From: Mobula birostris
Taxonomy: Eukaryota
Direction: 5' to 3'
Assembly: GCF_030028105.1 (NCBI RefSeq)
Contig: NC_092397.1
Span: 42,350,613 to 42,414,612, forward strand
DNA length: 64,000 nucleotides
The notes below the pieces were generated by a model. The model had not been told where the DNA came from, ran no database searches, and was given only the letters and a program-made list of their open reading frames with translations. Both the position numbers and the translations under genes were made by a program. Positions 51,133-64,000 of this stretch are shown here, in pieces (position 1 is the first letter of the stretch; the number at the start of each line of letters is the position of its first letter).

Positions 51133-51717
51133 GTTCATTCCCACCATTGATGCTGCCTGACTTGCTGATTCAGAGAGAGTGTTTTAAAGCGGCGGGCGGC
51201 TCAGACAAGTATCACTGTGTTTGTGGGTCCGAACACATCGCCGGATTTCCCAGCGCCTCCTGTACAAAAAGAAAAGATTTCTCTGTTACGGGATGGCCCC
51301 ACTCCCCAGCTCAGTCCTGAAGCGGGAATTAACCGCAAAGTTTTAGTTAGTTTCAAACTTTCAGCCGAAAAGCAGAGAACAGGTCAACAATATGGAGAGA
51401 GATCGCGAGCAGTGCAGTAATGAAACGGGTTAAAATAGAAAGTGCTGCCTTTAATCCCGATTAAACTCTCTTTCCAGCGAACTTTCCGGCCTCAGTGACG
51501 GACAGGGACCAGTCCGAGTCCCCGGAGTGTCCGATTTTAATTGGAATCGGAGAGTTTTTGAGGACAGAGAAACACAGAAAAATGAAGTCCTACGGGAGCT
51601 GACAGCGGGATGTCTCCGCCCCGTCCGCTAGCTGCCTTTAAATTGCTCTGTGCCGCCGCCTTTCGCTTCATTTCTCATTCAGTCTGATTGTGAGAAGGAT
51701 TTTCCAGCGTCGCCGAC

Positions 51718-52338
51718 ATGACCGAGACAGCACCCGCCGAAACGGTTCCTCCAGCCGCACCCGCCGCCGCAAAGAAGACTCCCAAGAAGAAGGCGGCCGG
51801 CCGGAGCAAACCAGCCGGTCCCAAGCTGGGCGAACAAATCGATAAGATTGTGGCGGGTTGTCGCGATAGGAAAGGTATGTCCGCTGTGGCCATCATGAAG
51901 GCTCTGACGAGCAGCGGTGTCGATGTGGGGAAACGTCGCGCCCAGATCAGGATGTGCATCAAGAAGAGAGTGGAAAGCGGCTCCTTGGTTCAGACCAAGG
52001 GCGCGGGTCTTTCGGGATCCTTTAAATCCGGTCAAGGAAAAAGTGCCGTGAAAGTGGTGAAGAAAGCGAACAAGCCATCGGTAAAGAAATCTGCCATCAA
52101 GAAATCTCCCAGCAAGAAGTCTGGCGCCAAGAAACCAGCGGCTAAGAAAGCGGCTGCGAAGAAACCAGCGGTTAAAAAAGCGGCAGCGAAGAAATCTGCC
52201 ATCAAGAAATCTCCCAGCAAGAAGTCTGGCGCCAAGAAACCAGCGGCTAAAAAAGCGGTAGCTAGGAAACCAGCGGCGCCGAAGCCAAAGAGCCCCAAGA
52301 AACTCGCAGCCCTGAAGAAGAAAGCGGTCAAAAAGTGA
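51718..52338 (+). CDS. H1: Linker histone H1 (right-arm copy)
   Basis: 206 aa; five substitutions versus the left copy (A10V, SA->AG, I->V, K->R). Confidence 0.96.
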   Translation: MTETAPAETVPPAAPAAAKKTPKKKAAGRSKPAGPKLGEQIDKIVAGCRDRKGMSAVAIMKALTSSGVDVGKRRAQIRMCIKKRVESGSLVQTKGAGLSGSFKSGQGKSAVKVVKKANKPSVKKSAIKKSPSKKSGAKKPAAKKAAAKKPAVKKAAAKKSAIKKSPSKKSGAKKPAAKKAVARKPAAPKPKSPKKLAALKKKAVKK

Positions 52339-52374
52339 ATTGAGATATGCCGTTTGTAAGTGTTTGAACCCAAG

Positions 52375-52390
52375 GGCTCTTCTCAGAGCC
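52375..52390 (+). terminator. Histone 3' stem-loop (H1 right)
   Basis: GGCTCT-TCTC-AGAGCC, accca, HDE aaaagagctg. Confidence 0.95.
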
Positions 52391-53193
52391 ACCCACATCT
52401 CAGAAAAGAGCTGATCAGGAATATTGAGATTCCCGCTGCGGGTCCGAATGAGTTTTGCGGGAGAACTTCTCGCATAAAACCCGATATTCCCGGTACCTCT
52501 CTGACATTCAGTGCGGCCGTGGCGTCCCAGATTTGAAGTGAAACACAGCGTTTTCACTCGGGCTGTGTGTGAGAGAGAGAGAGTGAGACCGGTGGGGTGG
52601 TCTGCAGGCCCAGTTCCTTCTCCCGCTCCAGGAGAGCGTGACTGGGATTCCGCACCTCGCATCCCAAAGCCCGATTCAGCTGAGTTGATTGGGAACTGCT
52701 TAACCCCATGTGAGAGGGGACCGGGGACGTCTTGAGAGGGATCTGTCTCCGGGGATGGATGATGTATGATAAACTACCCGGCGACTTTGCCGACCGACCT
52801 TCAATCAGGTACCAGCTACAAAAGTTTATTTACACAACATTTACAAGAGTAAAATCAAAAATATATAATTACCGCTCTCGGAAATCCCCCACTGTACCCA
52901 TCGCGACCGCATGCTCCCACTCCAAGGACAGCCTGACATGTCCGAAGCAAACGAAACGGTAACAGCCGCAGCAGCGGTACATGGCAGGTTTGTGGGAGAA
53001 ATGAAGGGCCAGGTGAGACCCTGACGGGGAGGGAGCGCGTTCAGCTCCTGTCCCTCGCTAAATCAAACAGACGGCACAGAACAGCTGATGGTCGCGGTCA
53101 GTGTAAAACCGAGCCACCCCATCAGGAGAGCAGATCGTCACTACAATAATACTATGATCAGCAAGCGCCAGCCCTTTCCTTTGCCGTGATAGT

Positions 53194-53209
53194 GGCTCTT
53201 AAAAGAGCC
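53194..53209 (-). terminator. Histone 3' stem-loop (H3 right)
   Basis: Minus strand GGCTCT-TTTA-AGAGCC. Confidence 0.95.
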
Positions 53210-53238
53210 TTTTCTTGGGTTTGTTGTGGAGGCCGGGT

Positions 53239-53655
<417 letters not shown>

Positions 53656-54271
53656 TCAGAACCGAGAACACAGGCTGAAATACAGGAACAAGATAGACAA
53701 AACGTGCTCCGGGACAGGATTTTATACTGTTGGAAAGGGTCTCCCATCACCTCTGATTGGCTGAACCAGGTGTCTATTAAGGTTCCTTACTGCGATTGGT
53801 TGATTCATTTCCTGCAGGCCTGGGGCGAATAACAATTTACGACAAAATCGGAAACTGTTGACTGGCGGTCGGATTTCATTCCTGCAGTGTGATTGGTGCA
53901 GATTTAATTTAAAATCGCCCGCCAATTTCAGAGCACCCAGCAACGGTCCTAATTACATTTTATTTACAATTAATTGTATGACGGATTATACAATTTCAGT
54001 TTCATTTAATATCTAATTTCCTCAGTTAAGATTTAAATGCATAACTACGGAATCGTTCTCTGATCGAGTGAACTGATGTTTGTTCGAAACTGATAAGAGG
54101 ATTAAGATCGATCCTAATGCAGGTTTTGCGTAATCACCGACTGGAAAGGCAGAATTACAGTATGTTTCAAGCGGCACCAATCAATCTGTTTAAAATGCAA
54201 CTCAGCTGAGTACAAAATAAAAAAAGTATCTAAAAGTCTGTGGATACGGCTCCGTCTGTGAGGCGGTGGGT

Positions 54272-54287
54272 GGCTCTTAGAAGAGCC
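54272..54287 (-). terminator. Histone 3' stem-loop (H4 pseudogene)
   Basis: Minus strand GGCTCT-TCTA-AGAGCC, intact. Confidence 0.93.
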
Positions 54288-54320
54288 TTTGTGTTGTGCT
54301 CGGGAGGAAGTGGGAGTTTT

Positions 54321-54641
<321 letters not shown>

Positions 54642-56099
54642 TCACTCAGGTCGCTGCTCACTGACAAACTGCCTGCTGCTGTCTCCTTTTATACACAGCG
54701 CCTCGACCTGCCCGAGAAACGCGCAGAGACAGAGGCGGGGAGGGGAGGAGACAGAGTCAGAGTGACGGACAGAGCCGACAGCGGCCTCTCATCGTCCAGC
54801 TCCGCCTTCACTTTACAACAACCGCCAATTTCCAACGATTTATCCGACACAAAGCGCTCCAGCGAAAACAAAACTCCCTCACACACCAGGTACTTAAGAA
54901 ATGATGCAATATTCCTCCGGTGTGATATTACAGAAACACAGGACAGACCACGACTGAAAAACTAACAAAAACCAAATAATCATAACATATAATTACAACA
55001 GTGCAACAATACCATAACTTGATGAAGAACAGGCCATGGCACAGTAAAAAAAATTCAAGTCTCTTGAAAGTCCCACATCTCACGCAGACGAGAGAAGGAA
55101 GGAATCTCTCCGACACCAAGTACCAAGCACCATCTATATCCGAACGCTTCGACCTTAGCCTCAATGGGTGATCCAGGCAGGTGGCAGACCGGGACAAACA
55201 AGACTATTTGCCTCTGAACCGGACGGGAACCAACATCTGCACCAGGAGGTTTGATGGTGTCACTTGGCAGAATTTGAACGAGAGTAGCAAATTGGAGAAT
55301 GTATGTATGACAAGACAGTCTGAAAAGAACAAGAGCCAATGTCAGGCTAATAAATATGGTGGACTGATGGGCTGAAATGAGTTTATTTCAACATTAGTTT
55401 TATGTTGTTGGAGGGACAGGTCTGGCAGCTCAACATTCCTGGGTTTGATTGTTTTACATGTGAGTGGGGGGGGGGGATAAAAATGCAGAGGTTACCCCAC
55501 TGGGAATGTCACAGCAAACTGGAGGGTTCATTTACAGAGGCAATCTGCTGTTACACTGTTGGGATGTTTGCACTAGCCCTGCAATAACCAGTGGGGGGGG
55601 GACATTATCTTCCCTAGAATTGACTGGAACTTGCTTAATACTAAGATGTTCAAGATTTGTTCAGTGAATCTGAGGAATGTTTGAAACATTATGCAGAGCC
55701 CAACCAGAGTTGAGAACATGTGGGAATTTGTTTTGGGAAATGAACCAGGCCAGGCGACAGCTAAGAGTCAGTGAATATTTTGGGATCTTATATTTTTCCT
55801 AGTTATGAGTAAGAATAAAATTAGATCTTGTAAGCAGGTACTAAATTGCAGGAGGGCAAGTTAGGACGTTGCAAGACAGAAGCCAAGGGGCATTGATTGG
55901 GAGCAGCCACTGTCAGACAAGTCCACATCTGACATGTGGCATTTGTTTAAAGACCAGATCCAAGTTACATATTGAGGTACAGGATTTATGCACATTTGGA
56001 AAGGCATGGCTGGCTTAGGGACAATCAGCATGGTTTTGTGTGGGCAGATCGCGCTTGACAAAGTTGCTTCAGGTTTGTGAGGTGGTGACATCGACTATA

Positions 56100-56655
56100 A
56101 GATATGTCCGTCTGTCCCGGTACCGTATCCGATGCGGACTTTGGTGACCATGGTTTTCCATACAGATCTATCCTTCGTTGTTTGGATGACTTCCATTTCC
56201 TCGATGTGTAGCCACCTGGCTATGCTTTTGATGTACATAAGCCGAGGTCTTCCTCTAGGTTTGCTCCCCTCAATCTTTCCAGAGAGTATGAGTTTTTCTA
56301 GTTCATCTTTCCACATGATGTGTAGTATGAATCTGAGTTGTCTTTCTCTTATTGTTAGTATGAGTGATCGAACTGCTTGGGCTCTTCTGAGAACTTTTTC
56401 ATTTGATGTGTGTGTGGTCCATGATATTTTTAACATTCTCCTGCAGAACCATAATTCAGCTGCTTCTGTCTCTTTTCCATTGCTGGAGAAATGGTCCAGC
56501 ATTCACTTCCATAAGTCAGGATAGAATAAACGTAGCACTGCAGTGTTCTGTTTTTAGTGTACGTGCTCATCTTTCTGTCTGTTAATATGGTCTTCATATT
56601 TTTGGAAATCTTCTTTCGCCATTGCTATTCTGTATTTGATATCTGTGTCGCACCT
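56100..56655 (-). mobile_element. RTE-clade LINE 3' fragment, right-arm copy
   Basis: ORF 56095..56502; mirror of 19140-19695. Confidence 0.88.
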
Positions 56656-58074
56656 GCCATCAAGTATCTATCAACCTCCACCTTAAATATACCTAAAGCC
56701 TTGGTTTCCACAGCTGCCGCCTGTGGCAATGAATTCCACAGATTCACCACTGTCTCTAAAGAAATTCCTCCTCATCTCCATTCTATTCTGAGGCTTTGTC
56801 CTCTGGTCTTAGACACTCCCATCCTCTCCACATCGACTTTATCACGGCGATAGGTTTTAATTAGTCATCCCTCATTGTTCTAAATTCCAGTGAATAATGG
56901 CCCAGAGCCATCAAATGTTCTTCATATGACAAGCCGTTTAATCCTGGAATCATTTCAGAGAATCTTATTTGAAACCCATCCTGTTTCAGCTCATCCTTCC
57001 ATAAAGGGCCCAAAACTGCTCCCAATACTCCAAGTGAGACTTTGCCAGTACTTCATAAAGTCTCAACATTACATTTTTGCTTTTATATTCTAGTCCTCTT
57101 GAAATGAATGCTAACATCACATTTGCCTTTCTCAGCACAGACCCAACCTGCAAATTAGCCTTTAGAGAATCCTGCACAATGATTCCCAAATCCCTTTGCA
57201 CCTCAATTTTTTGTATCTTCTCTCCATTTAGAAAATAGTCAACCCCACTATTTCTTCAACCAAAGTGCATGACCATACACTTCCCAATTCTGTATTCCAT
57301 CTGCCACTTTTTTGCCCATTCTCTTCATCTGTCTGTCCTTCCCTATTTCCTCAAAAGTACCTGCGCCTCCACCTGTCTCTTCATATCATCTGCAAATTTT
57401 GCAATAACTCCATCAATTCCATCATCCAAATCATTGACATATAACATAAAAAGAATGAGACCCAACATCTTGGTGCTTGATGAGGGCAAGGCTGTGGACA
57501 TGACCTGGACAGACCTCCGTAAGGCATTTGAAAAAGACCCCTGGGATTCAATACAAATTGCAATTTCAATTCAGAAATGGCTTCCTCATAGAAGGCTAAG
57601 TGGGGCTGGAAGTCTGTGAGCAGTGGTGATCCACAAGGATTGATGCTGGGAATTATGTTGTTTCTGATATATATCGATGTTTGGATGAAAATGTTGATGG
57701 GCGGTTTACAAGTCTACAGGTGACAGCAAGATAGGTGGAGTTGTGGACAGTGTAAATATTGATCAATGCACACAGTGGGATATAGATCACAAACAGATGC
57801 AGAGTAGTTGCAGAAGGAATTTAATCTGGGAGGGAGTGTGGTGTTGCACTTTGGGAGGTCAAATGAAAGAAGAAAGTATAATGTTAATGACTGACCCCTT
57901 CACAGCATTGGTGTAAAGAGTGATCTTGGGATCCAGGCACATAGTTCACTGAATGTGGCTACACAACGGGATAAGGTGTGCAGAATGCTGGTTTCCACTG
58001 GTCAGGGTGTTGAGTATAAGAGTAAGGGAGTAATGTACTAAAACATACAGGGAATGGACCATGTGCAGGTAGGT

Positions 58075-59452
58075 GTATTCACCTCCTCCAAGTCAGTATT
58101 TAGTCGATGGACCGTTGGCAGCAATTACAACCATGAGTCTGTGTGGATAGGTCACTATCAGCTTTGCACATCTGGACACTGCAATTTTTCCCATTCTTCC
58201 TTACAAAACTGCTCAAGATCTGTCAGAATGCATGGAGTTTATGAGTGAACAGCCCTTTTCAAGTCCAGCCACACACTGAGGTGTGGACTCTGACTTGGCC
58301 ACACCAGGACATTAACTTTGTTGTCTTAAGGCATTCCTGTGCAGCTTTGGTATTAAGCTCGCAGTCATTGTCTTGCTGGAAAACAAATCTTTTCCGAAGT
58401 CTCAGTTCTCAGCAGATTGCATTAGGTTTTCCTCCAGGATTTCCCTGTATTTTGCTGCATTCATTTTACCCTCTACCTTCACAAGCCTTCCAGGGCCTGC
58501 TGCAGTGAAGCATCCCCACGGCACTATGCAGCCTCCACCATGCTCCACGGTAGGGATGGTGTGCTTTTGATGATGTGCAGTGTTTGGCTTACACCAAACT
58601 TAAGAGTTTAGTCTGATCACAATTTTGGTTTCAAACCATAGAACCTTCTTCCAGCTGACTGCAGAGTCCTGCTTGTCTTCTGACAAACTCCAGGTGAGAT
58701 TTCATGAGAGCTTTTATCAACAGTGGCTTTCTCTTTGCCACTGTCCCATAAAGCAGTGACAGGTAAAGCACCTGGGTGACAGTTGTTGTATGCACAATCT
58801 CTCCCATCTCAGCCACTGAAGCTTGTAACTCCTCTACAGTTATCAAGGGTGTCTTGGTAGTCGCTCTCTCTGGTACCCTTCTTGCACGGCTGCTCAGTTT
58901 TTGAAGATTGCCTGCTTGAGGTAGATTTACAGCTGTGTCATATTCTTTCCATTTCTGGGTGATTGACTAAACTGTATTCCAAGGGTATTCAGTGACTTGG
59001 AAATTTTCTTCTATCCATCTCCTGACTTGTGCTTTCAATAAGCTTTTTGCAGAGCTGCTTGGAGTGTCCTTTTGTCTTCATGGTGTAGTTTTTGCCAGGA
59101 TATTGACTGTCAACAGTAGTGTATTTTTACTATAATCAATTGAAACACCTTGACTGCACACTGTGATTTCCATTTAACTGATTATGTAACTCCTAAAACC
59201 AATTGGCTGCACCAGTAATGATTTGGTGTGTCATATTAAAGGGGGTGAATATTTACACAGGCAATTATTTTGGGTTTATATCTGTAATTAATTTACAGCA
59301 TTTTGTAGAGATCTGTTTTCACTTTGACACAAGAGTCTTTTTCTGTTGATCAGTAAAAAAAAAGCCAAATTTAATCTGCTGTGATTCAATATTGTAAAAC
59401 AATAAAACATGAAAACTTCCAAGGGGCATGAATACTTTTCATCGGCACTTTA
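58075..59452 (-). mobile_element. Decayed Tc1-family transposon, right-arm copy
   Basis: Mirror of 16342-17720 (e.g. ORF 58631..58846). Confidence 0.88.
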
Positions 59453-60242
59453 CATGTAGGGACAGTGATGGTGAAAGGGGGAGGGAAAGAAGACATGGGG
59501 AGGAGTGGTCTCAAGATCCTAAGGTGTTCCTCCCGATGGGATAAAGCACAAAAGGGGAAATATCAAAGAGAGATGAGAATGGAACTGTGATTATCATGAG
59601 AGATTTAATCAGAAGCAGATTTGGGTAGCGCTGCATCAAGTATCTTTGCTCTGTGAGCTGCAACAACCATGATCTGCTGGTGGCAACCCATTCCAATTGA
59701 GCTTCCCATTCATATACCAACATATTGGTCACTTACAGCTGTCTTAACCGGTGATGGGGCAGTAATGGGACAAGCTCCCAATTCTCACTGAATGCTGCCA
59801 ATGGTGTGCACCTGAAATTGCCTCTATCAACCAAATACAGCTCCTGACTTTTACATATGGCTTAGCTACTCAGCCCAACGGAGCTGTTTCTAGTGACGGG
59901 GAAGGTGCAAATCGGTTTACTAGCGTCATATAACCAACTGCTATGGGCAGATGGGGCTTGTCAGCCATACTTGGCAGTTCATCTAGTGGAAAGAAAACCC
60001 TGATCTCAAACCTGGACGCTGCTGTTCACCCTCAGTCTGTGGTCTGGAGATCTCCCACATTGTGATCACTTCTTCAGGGATCCTTCACCACAAGATCTCT
60101 TTAATTCCACCTCATTACACAGATTATATCTGAAATGACCCGTTCATGGGTAAGGTACTGCTGTAAGAAACTGTCTCTGACCATTCCACAAATTCCTCTT
60201 CCACTGTACCAGTTTGATTAGTTTAATCAATACACAGACTGA

Positions 60243-60719
60243 AGCAAACACGCACAAAATGCTGGAGGAACTCAGCAAACCGTTGACATTTTGGGCTGAG
60301 AAAGAAAGGGGCAAAAACCAGAATAAGATGGTGGGGGAGGGGGAGGAGCACAAGTGAGGGGTGGGGAACGTGTGGTTTGTGGAGGGATAATGATGTGAGG
60401 AGCTGGGTGACAGGCAGAAAGGGCAAAGAGATGAAGAGAAAGAAATCCAATAGGAGAGAACATTGGACCATGGGATGACATGAAGAAGGTGGAGAACCAG
60501 ATAGAGTTGATGGGCAGGTCATGAGGGTGTGTGAGGAGAGGTGAAGGGGTTAAATGGCATCAGAATGGGGGAAAAGAAGTGGGGGTGAGGGAAACAGAGT
60601 GTAGTGATATCCGGAATTTGTAGAAATCAATGTTCATTCTATCAAGATTGGAGTCAGAATATGAGGTGTTGTTCGGCTAACCTGTATTTGGCCTCGTCAT
60701 AGCAGTAGGGGAGGCCACG
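60243..60719 (-). mobile_element. Penelope-like relic, right-arm copy
   Basis: Mirror of 15052-15527. Confidence 0.65.
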
Positions 60720-60820
60720 TGCAAACATGTTGGTGATGGCTCTCTGCTGGTCAGGGTCGACCATGGATATTGCACCCTAGCTGTGGAAGTCGATATGCAA
60801 GCCGGGGAAGTACGATACTT

Positions 60821-60990
60821 AAAGCAAGTCAGGGACGTACGAAACGTAAAGCAAGTCAGGGACGTACGAGACGTAAAGCAAGTCAGGGACGTACGAGACG
60901 TAAAGCAAGTCAGGGACGTACGAGACGTAAAGCAAGTCAGGGACGTACGAGACGTAAAGCAAGTCAGGGACGTACGAGACGTAAAGCAAG
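60821..60990 (+). repeat. 27-bp minisatellite, 6 full units + 8 bp
   Basis: Unit aaagcaagtcagggacgtacga(a/g)acgt; only one full unit at the mirror site (~14916-14950). Confidence 0.95.
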
Positions 60991-63900
60991 CAGTTGCCCA
61001 TGCAGGAGCTGATGAAGACCGATGGAGTCAAGCACCAGCGGTGTTGCAGGATTGCCAGTCTGCACTGAACATCAGACCAACATGGAATTAGTCTTCACAG
61101 CGGGGACACAGAAAACATCCCACAGATATCTGATGGTGACATTTCAATATTGTGCCATAATGTGTAACAACCGCTATCTCGAGGGAGAAACTAATGGGAT
61201 GAAAAACAAACATTACCAGGTCCCAACGACCTGCACTAAAGTCTGGAGAGAAAGTGGAGGCATTGAAGTCTGTCAAAACTCACTGTGTTACAGAAAGGTC
61301 CCCGTGGAGTTGAAAACCATTGTTGAAGAAGGTTGGAAGATAAAAAGCAGGTAACTGTAGTCCTGTTAACTTCACTTCAGGTACTGGAGTCAATAATCTA
61401 TCAAGAAATAGCAAATCATTTAGAAAATTTTAATGTCATTGAACTAAGTCAACAGGGTGTACAGTCAGATTCACACAGCGCAGAAACAAGACCTTCAGCT
61501 CAAATGGTCCACGATGACCAAAGTTTCCATCTGAGCTCGTGGTCTGTAACCCCCTCACCACCACCAACTGGAAAAGTTGCCCTTCAGGTTCCTATTAAAT
61601 CTCATCTTAAACCAATGCCCTCCAGTTCTTGATTCCCCAACACTGGCAAAATGATTGTTATCTTTGACTCAACCCAGGCCCCTTATAATTTTATACACCT
61701 CTGCAATATCATTACTCATTCTTCAACATTCCAGGGAAAATTGACCAAAACGCTTTCCACAAATCAGTCCTTCAAGATCTAGTAACATCCTCGTAAATCT
61801 CCTCTGCACTCTTTCCAGCTTAATGATGTCTGTCATACTGCAGGGTCACTAAAACTAAACACTATTTGTGAAATGCGGCCAAACCAACGTGTTGGACAAC
61901 TGCAACATCTCATCCCAGCTTCTATATTCGCTGCCCTGACTGAAGGCCAGTGTTCCAAAAGCCTCTTCACCACCCTGTCCATCTGGAACCTGGTCTTGGA
62001 TCCTGTAACCTGGGTTGTTGAATGTTAAGTCATGTTTGACAAACACACCAGAGATTTAAGACTTTACAGGGGAAGTTGGAAAAGTGGTGTTTTTGGATTT
62101 TCAGGAGCCATTTGCCAAGGTGCCACATGTAAGGCTGGTGCACAAGACCAGAGCTCAGTACTGGGAAGGAAGTGTGTTAATACTGACTGAAGACTGGTTA
62201 TCATACTGAGACAGAATAACAGGTCTGTTTCAGACTGGGATGATATAACTAGTCGAGTTTCCCAGTGACCAGTTCTGGATCATCAATGATTTATTATTGA
62301 TATTAATGACCCAGAGGAGGGAGGTCAATGACAGGGAATGTGGTGGGGGACATGTTGTGATTGGACATTTGGTCTCTCCAATAGGATAAGAAGAAGCTGG
62401 TGAGTAGAATACTTGGTAAATGGAGTTTAATGTGGTGAAGTGTGATGGCATGTAGAATGGTAGGAGGAATCAAAAGTCAGACTATGACTGATGTGGAGAT
62501 AAATTGTAAATGAGAGAAATAGAGAGGGGTTGAGGTGCTGAACTACACAACAAAATAGAGACAGGAGCAGTGAGTGGTTCATAAAACCATATATGACCAA
62601 GGTTCAGCGGTGAATGGTTCATTGACATTTACTGCTGGGGTGTTGGTGCAGAGAAACAGAGAAGTGTTGTTACTGTGACAGACAAGTGCACAATGATGGA
62701 TTTTGGGAAGTTAAAGCAGGTCAGGACATACCCAGTGAATGGAGGGTCCTCAGGAGTGTTGATGAAAGAGAAACCTGGGGCACAGGTACATAATTCCCTG
62801 AAAGTGCCAACACAGGTAGACAAGATGGTGAAGAAGGAGCACAACATGTTTGTTTTCATTGGCAAAGGCTCTGAGAGGAATTGGGACATCACATTACAGT
62901 TGTACAAATGAATAATGGCACCACACCAGGAGTACCCTGTGCAGTTCTGGTCACATGAGAGGAAGGACGTTATTAAGCTGGAAAGGTCCAGAAACGATTC
63001 ACAGGAATGTTACCTGGACTGGGGGCTTGAGTTACGAGGAAAGATCAGACCGACTGGGACTGTTTTCCCTGGAGTGAAGGAGACTGAGGGGAGACCTGAC
63101 AGAAGTTTATAAAACTATGAGAGGTGTAGACAAGGTAAACAGGCAGGATCATTTTGCCAGGGTAACAATATCAAATATTAGAAGGCAGAGTTTTAAGATG
63201 ACACGGTGAGAATTTAAAGGTGAACGATAGGACAGGTAAGATTTCTGTTTCCCGTACAGAGAGTGGTGAGGGCCGGGTATGGGCTACTATGGGGAGTGTT
63301 GGAAGCAGATATGATAATGACATTTAACAGGGTTTTAAATAACCACATGAATATTCAGAGAATTGAAGCACATGAATTATACGCAGGCAGAAAAGATTTA
63401 GTTTCATTTGGCATCGTGTTCCGCGCAGACATCATGGGAAGGAGGGTCTGTTCCTGTGCTGTACTGTTCTGTGTTCTCGGTGAGCCTCATGACAGGGGAG
63501 TCTTTAGCTGGGGTCACAGACAGGTGTATCTGTGGTAAGGATAGAGACTGCAGGATGGTGCATTACCTCCCTGGTACCAGGGCCAAGGATGGAATTGAAC
63601 AAGTACAGGCCATTCTGAAAGGGCAGGGTGAGCAGCCAGAGGTCGTGGTCCATATTGGCTCTAACAAAAGAGACAAAGTCCTGCAAAGAGAACTTAGGAA
63701 GTTCAGGAAAAAGTTAAGTAGAAACTCTGGGGTGTTGTGGGGGTGGGGGGGTAATCCCAGTGTCAGCTGCTAGCGAGGGAAGAAATACAAAGGTATTTAT
63801 ATGTGTGGCGCACAAGCTGGTGCAGGATGGAGGGTTTTAGTTACATGGATCATTGGGCCCTCCTTCAGGACAGGTGATGGGAAGAGTAAGAGGTCAGTAA

Positions 63901-64000
63901 CTGGCATTGATGGATGTGGATTAACACAGAAAGTAAGTGCAAACGGATAAATTACAGTGTCTCAGTAGCATTACAAGTGCACAGATATACAAATATCAGA

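Noticed and set aside
60770-61091. Protamine-like (KASQGRTRR)n and (KQVRDVRDV)n ORFs; possible CRISPR-like array
   Set aside because: By-products of a 27-bp minisatellite with non-ATG starts; there are no unique spacers and the context is eukaryotic.

Overview
Eukaryotic vertebrate DNA, most likely a cartilaginous fish such as a ray (inferred from its CR1, Rex/Babar and Penelope families and its histone sequences). The window is mostly decayed retroelements. Its main structure is a large inverted duplication: left arm <=12116-36709 and right arm 41261->=64000 (running off the window edge), around a 4.55-kb spacer. It carries a replication-dependent histone cluster: H4(+), H3(+), H1(-), H2A(-) | truncated H2B(-), orphan H2A-type promoter, H2B(-) | H2A(+), H1(+), H3(-), and H4(-) with a Q27* stop. 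Every gene has its 3' stem-loop. The arms have diverged: a young CR1 in the left arm only, a ~0.68-kb deletion and a 1->6 copy 27-bp minisatellite in the right arm, and higher divergence beside the histone genes than in neutral flanks. Several ~100-150 bp Penelope-derived elements carry a minimal type-I hammerhead ribozyme. One has an 11-bp TSD, one is enclosed in a perfect 19-bp inverted repeat, and one sits exactly at the inner boundary of the right arm. The spacer holds an older nested inverted repeat around the only intact H2B. Boundaries of old TE relics are approximate, and family names come from recognised motifs, not database searches.
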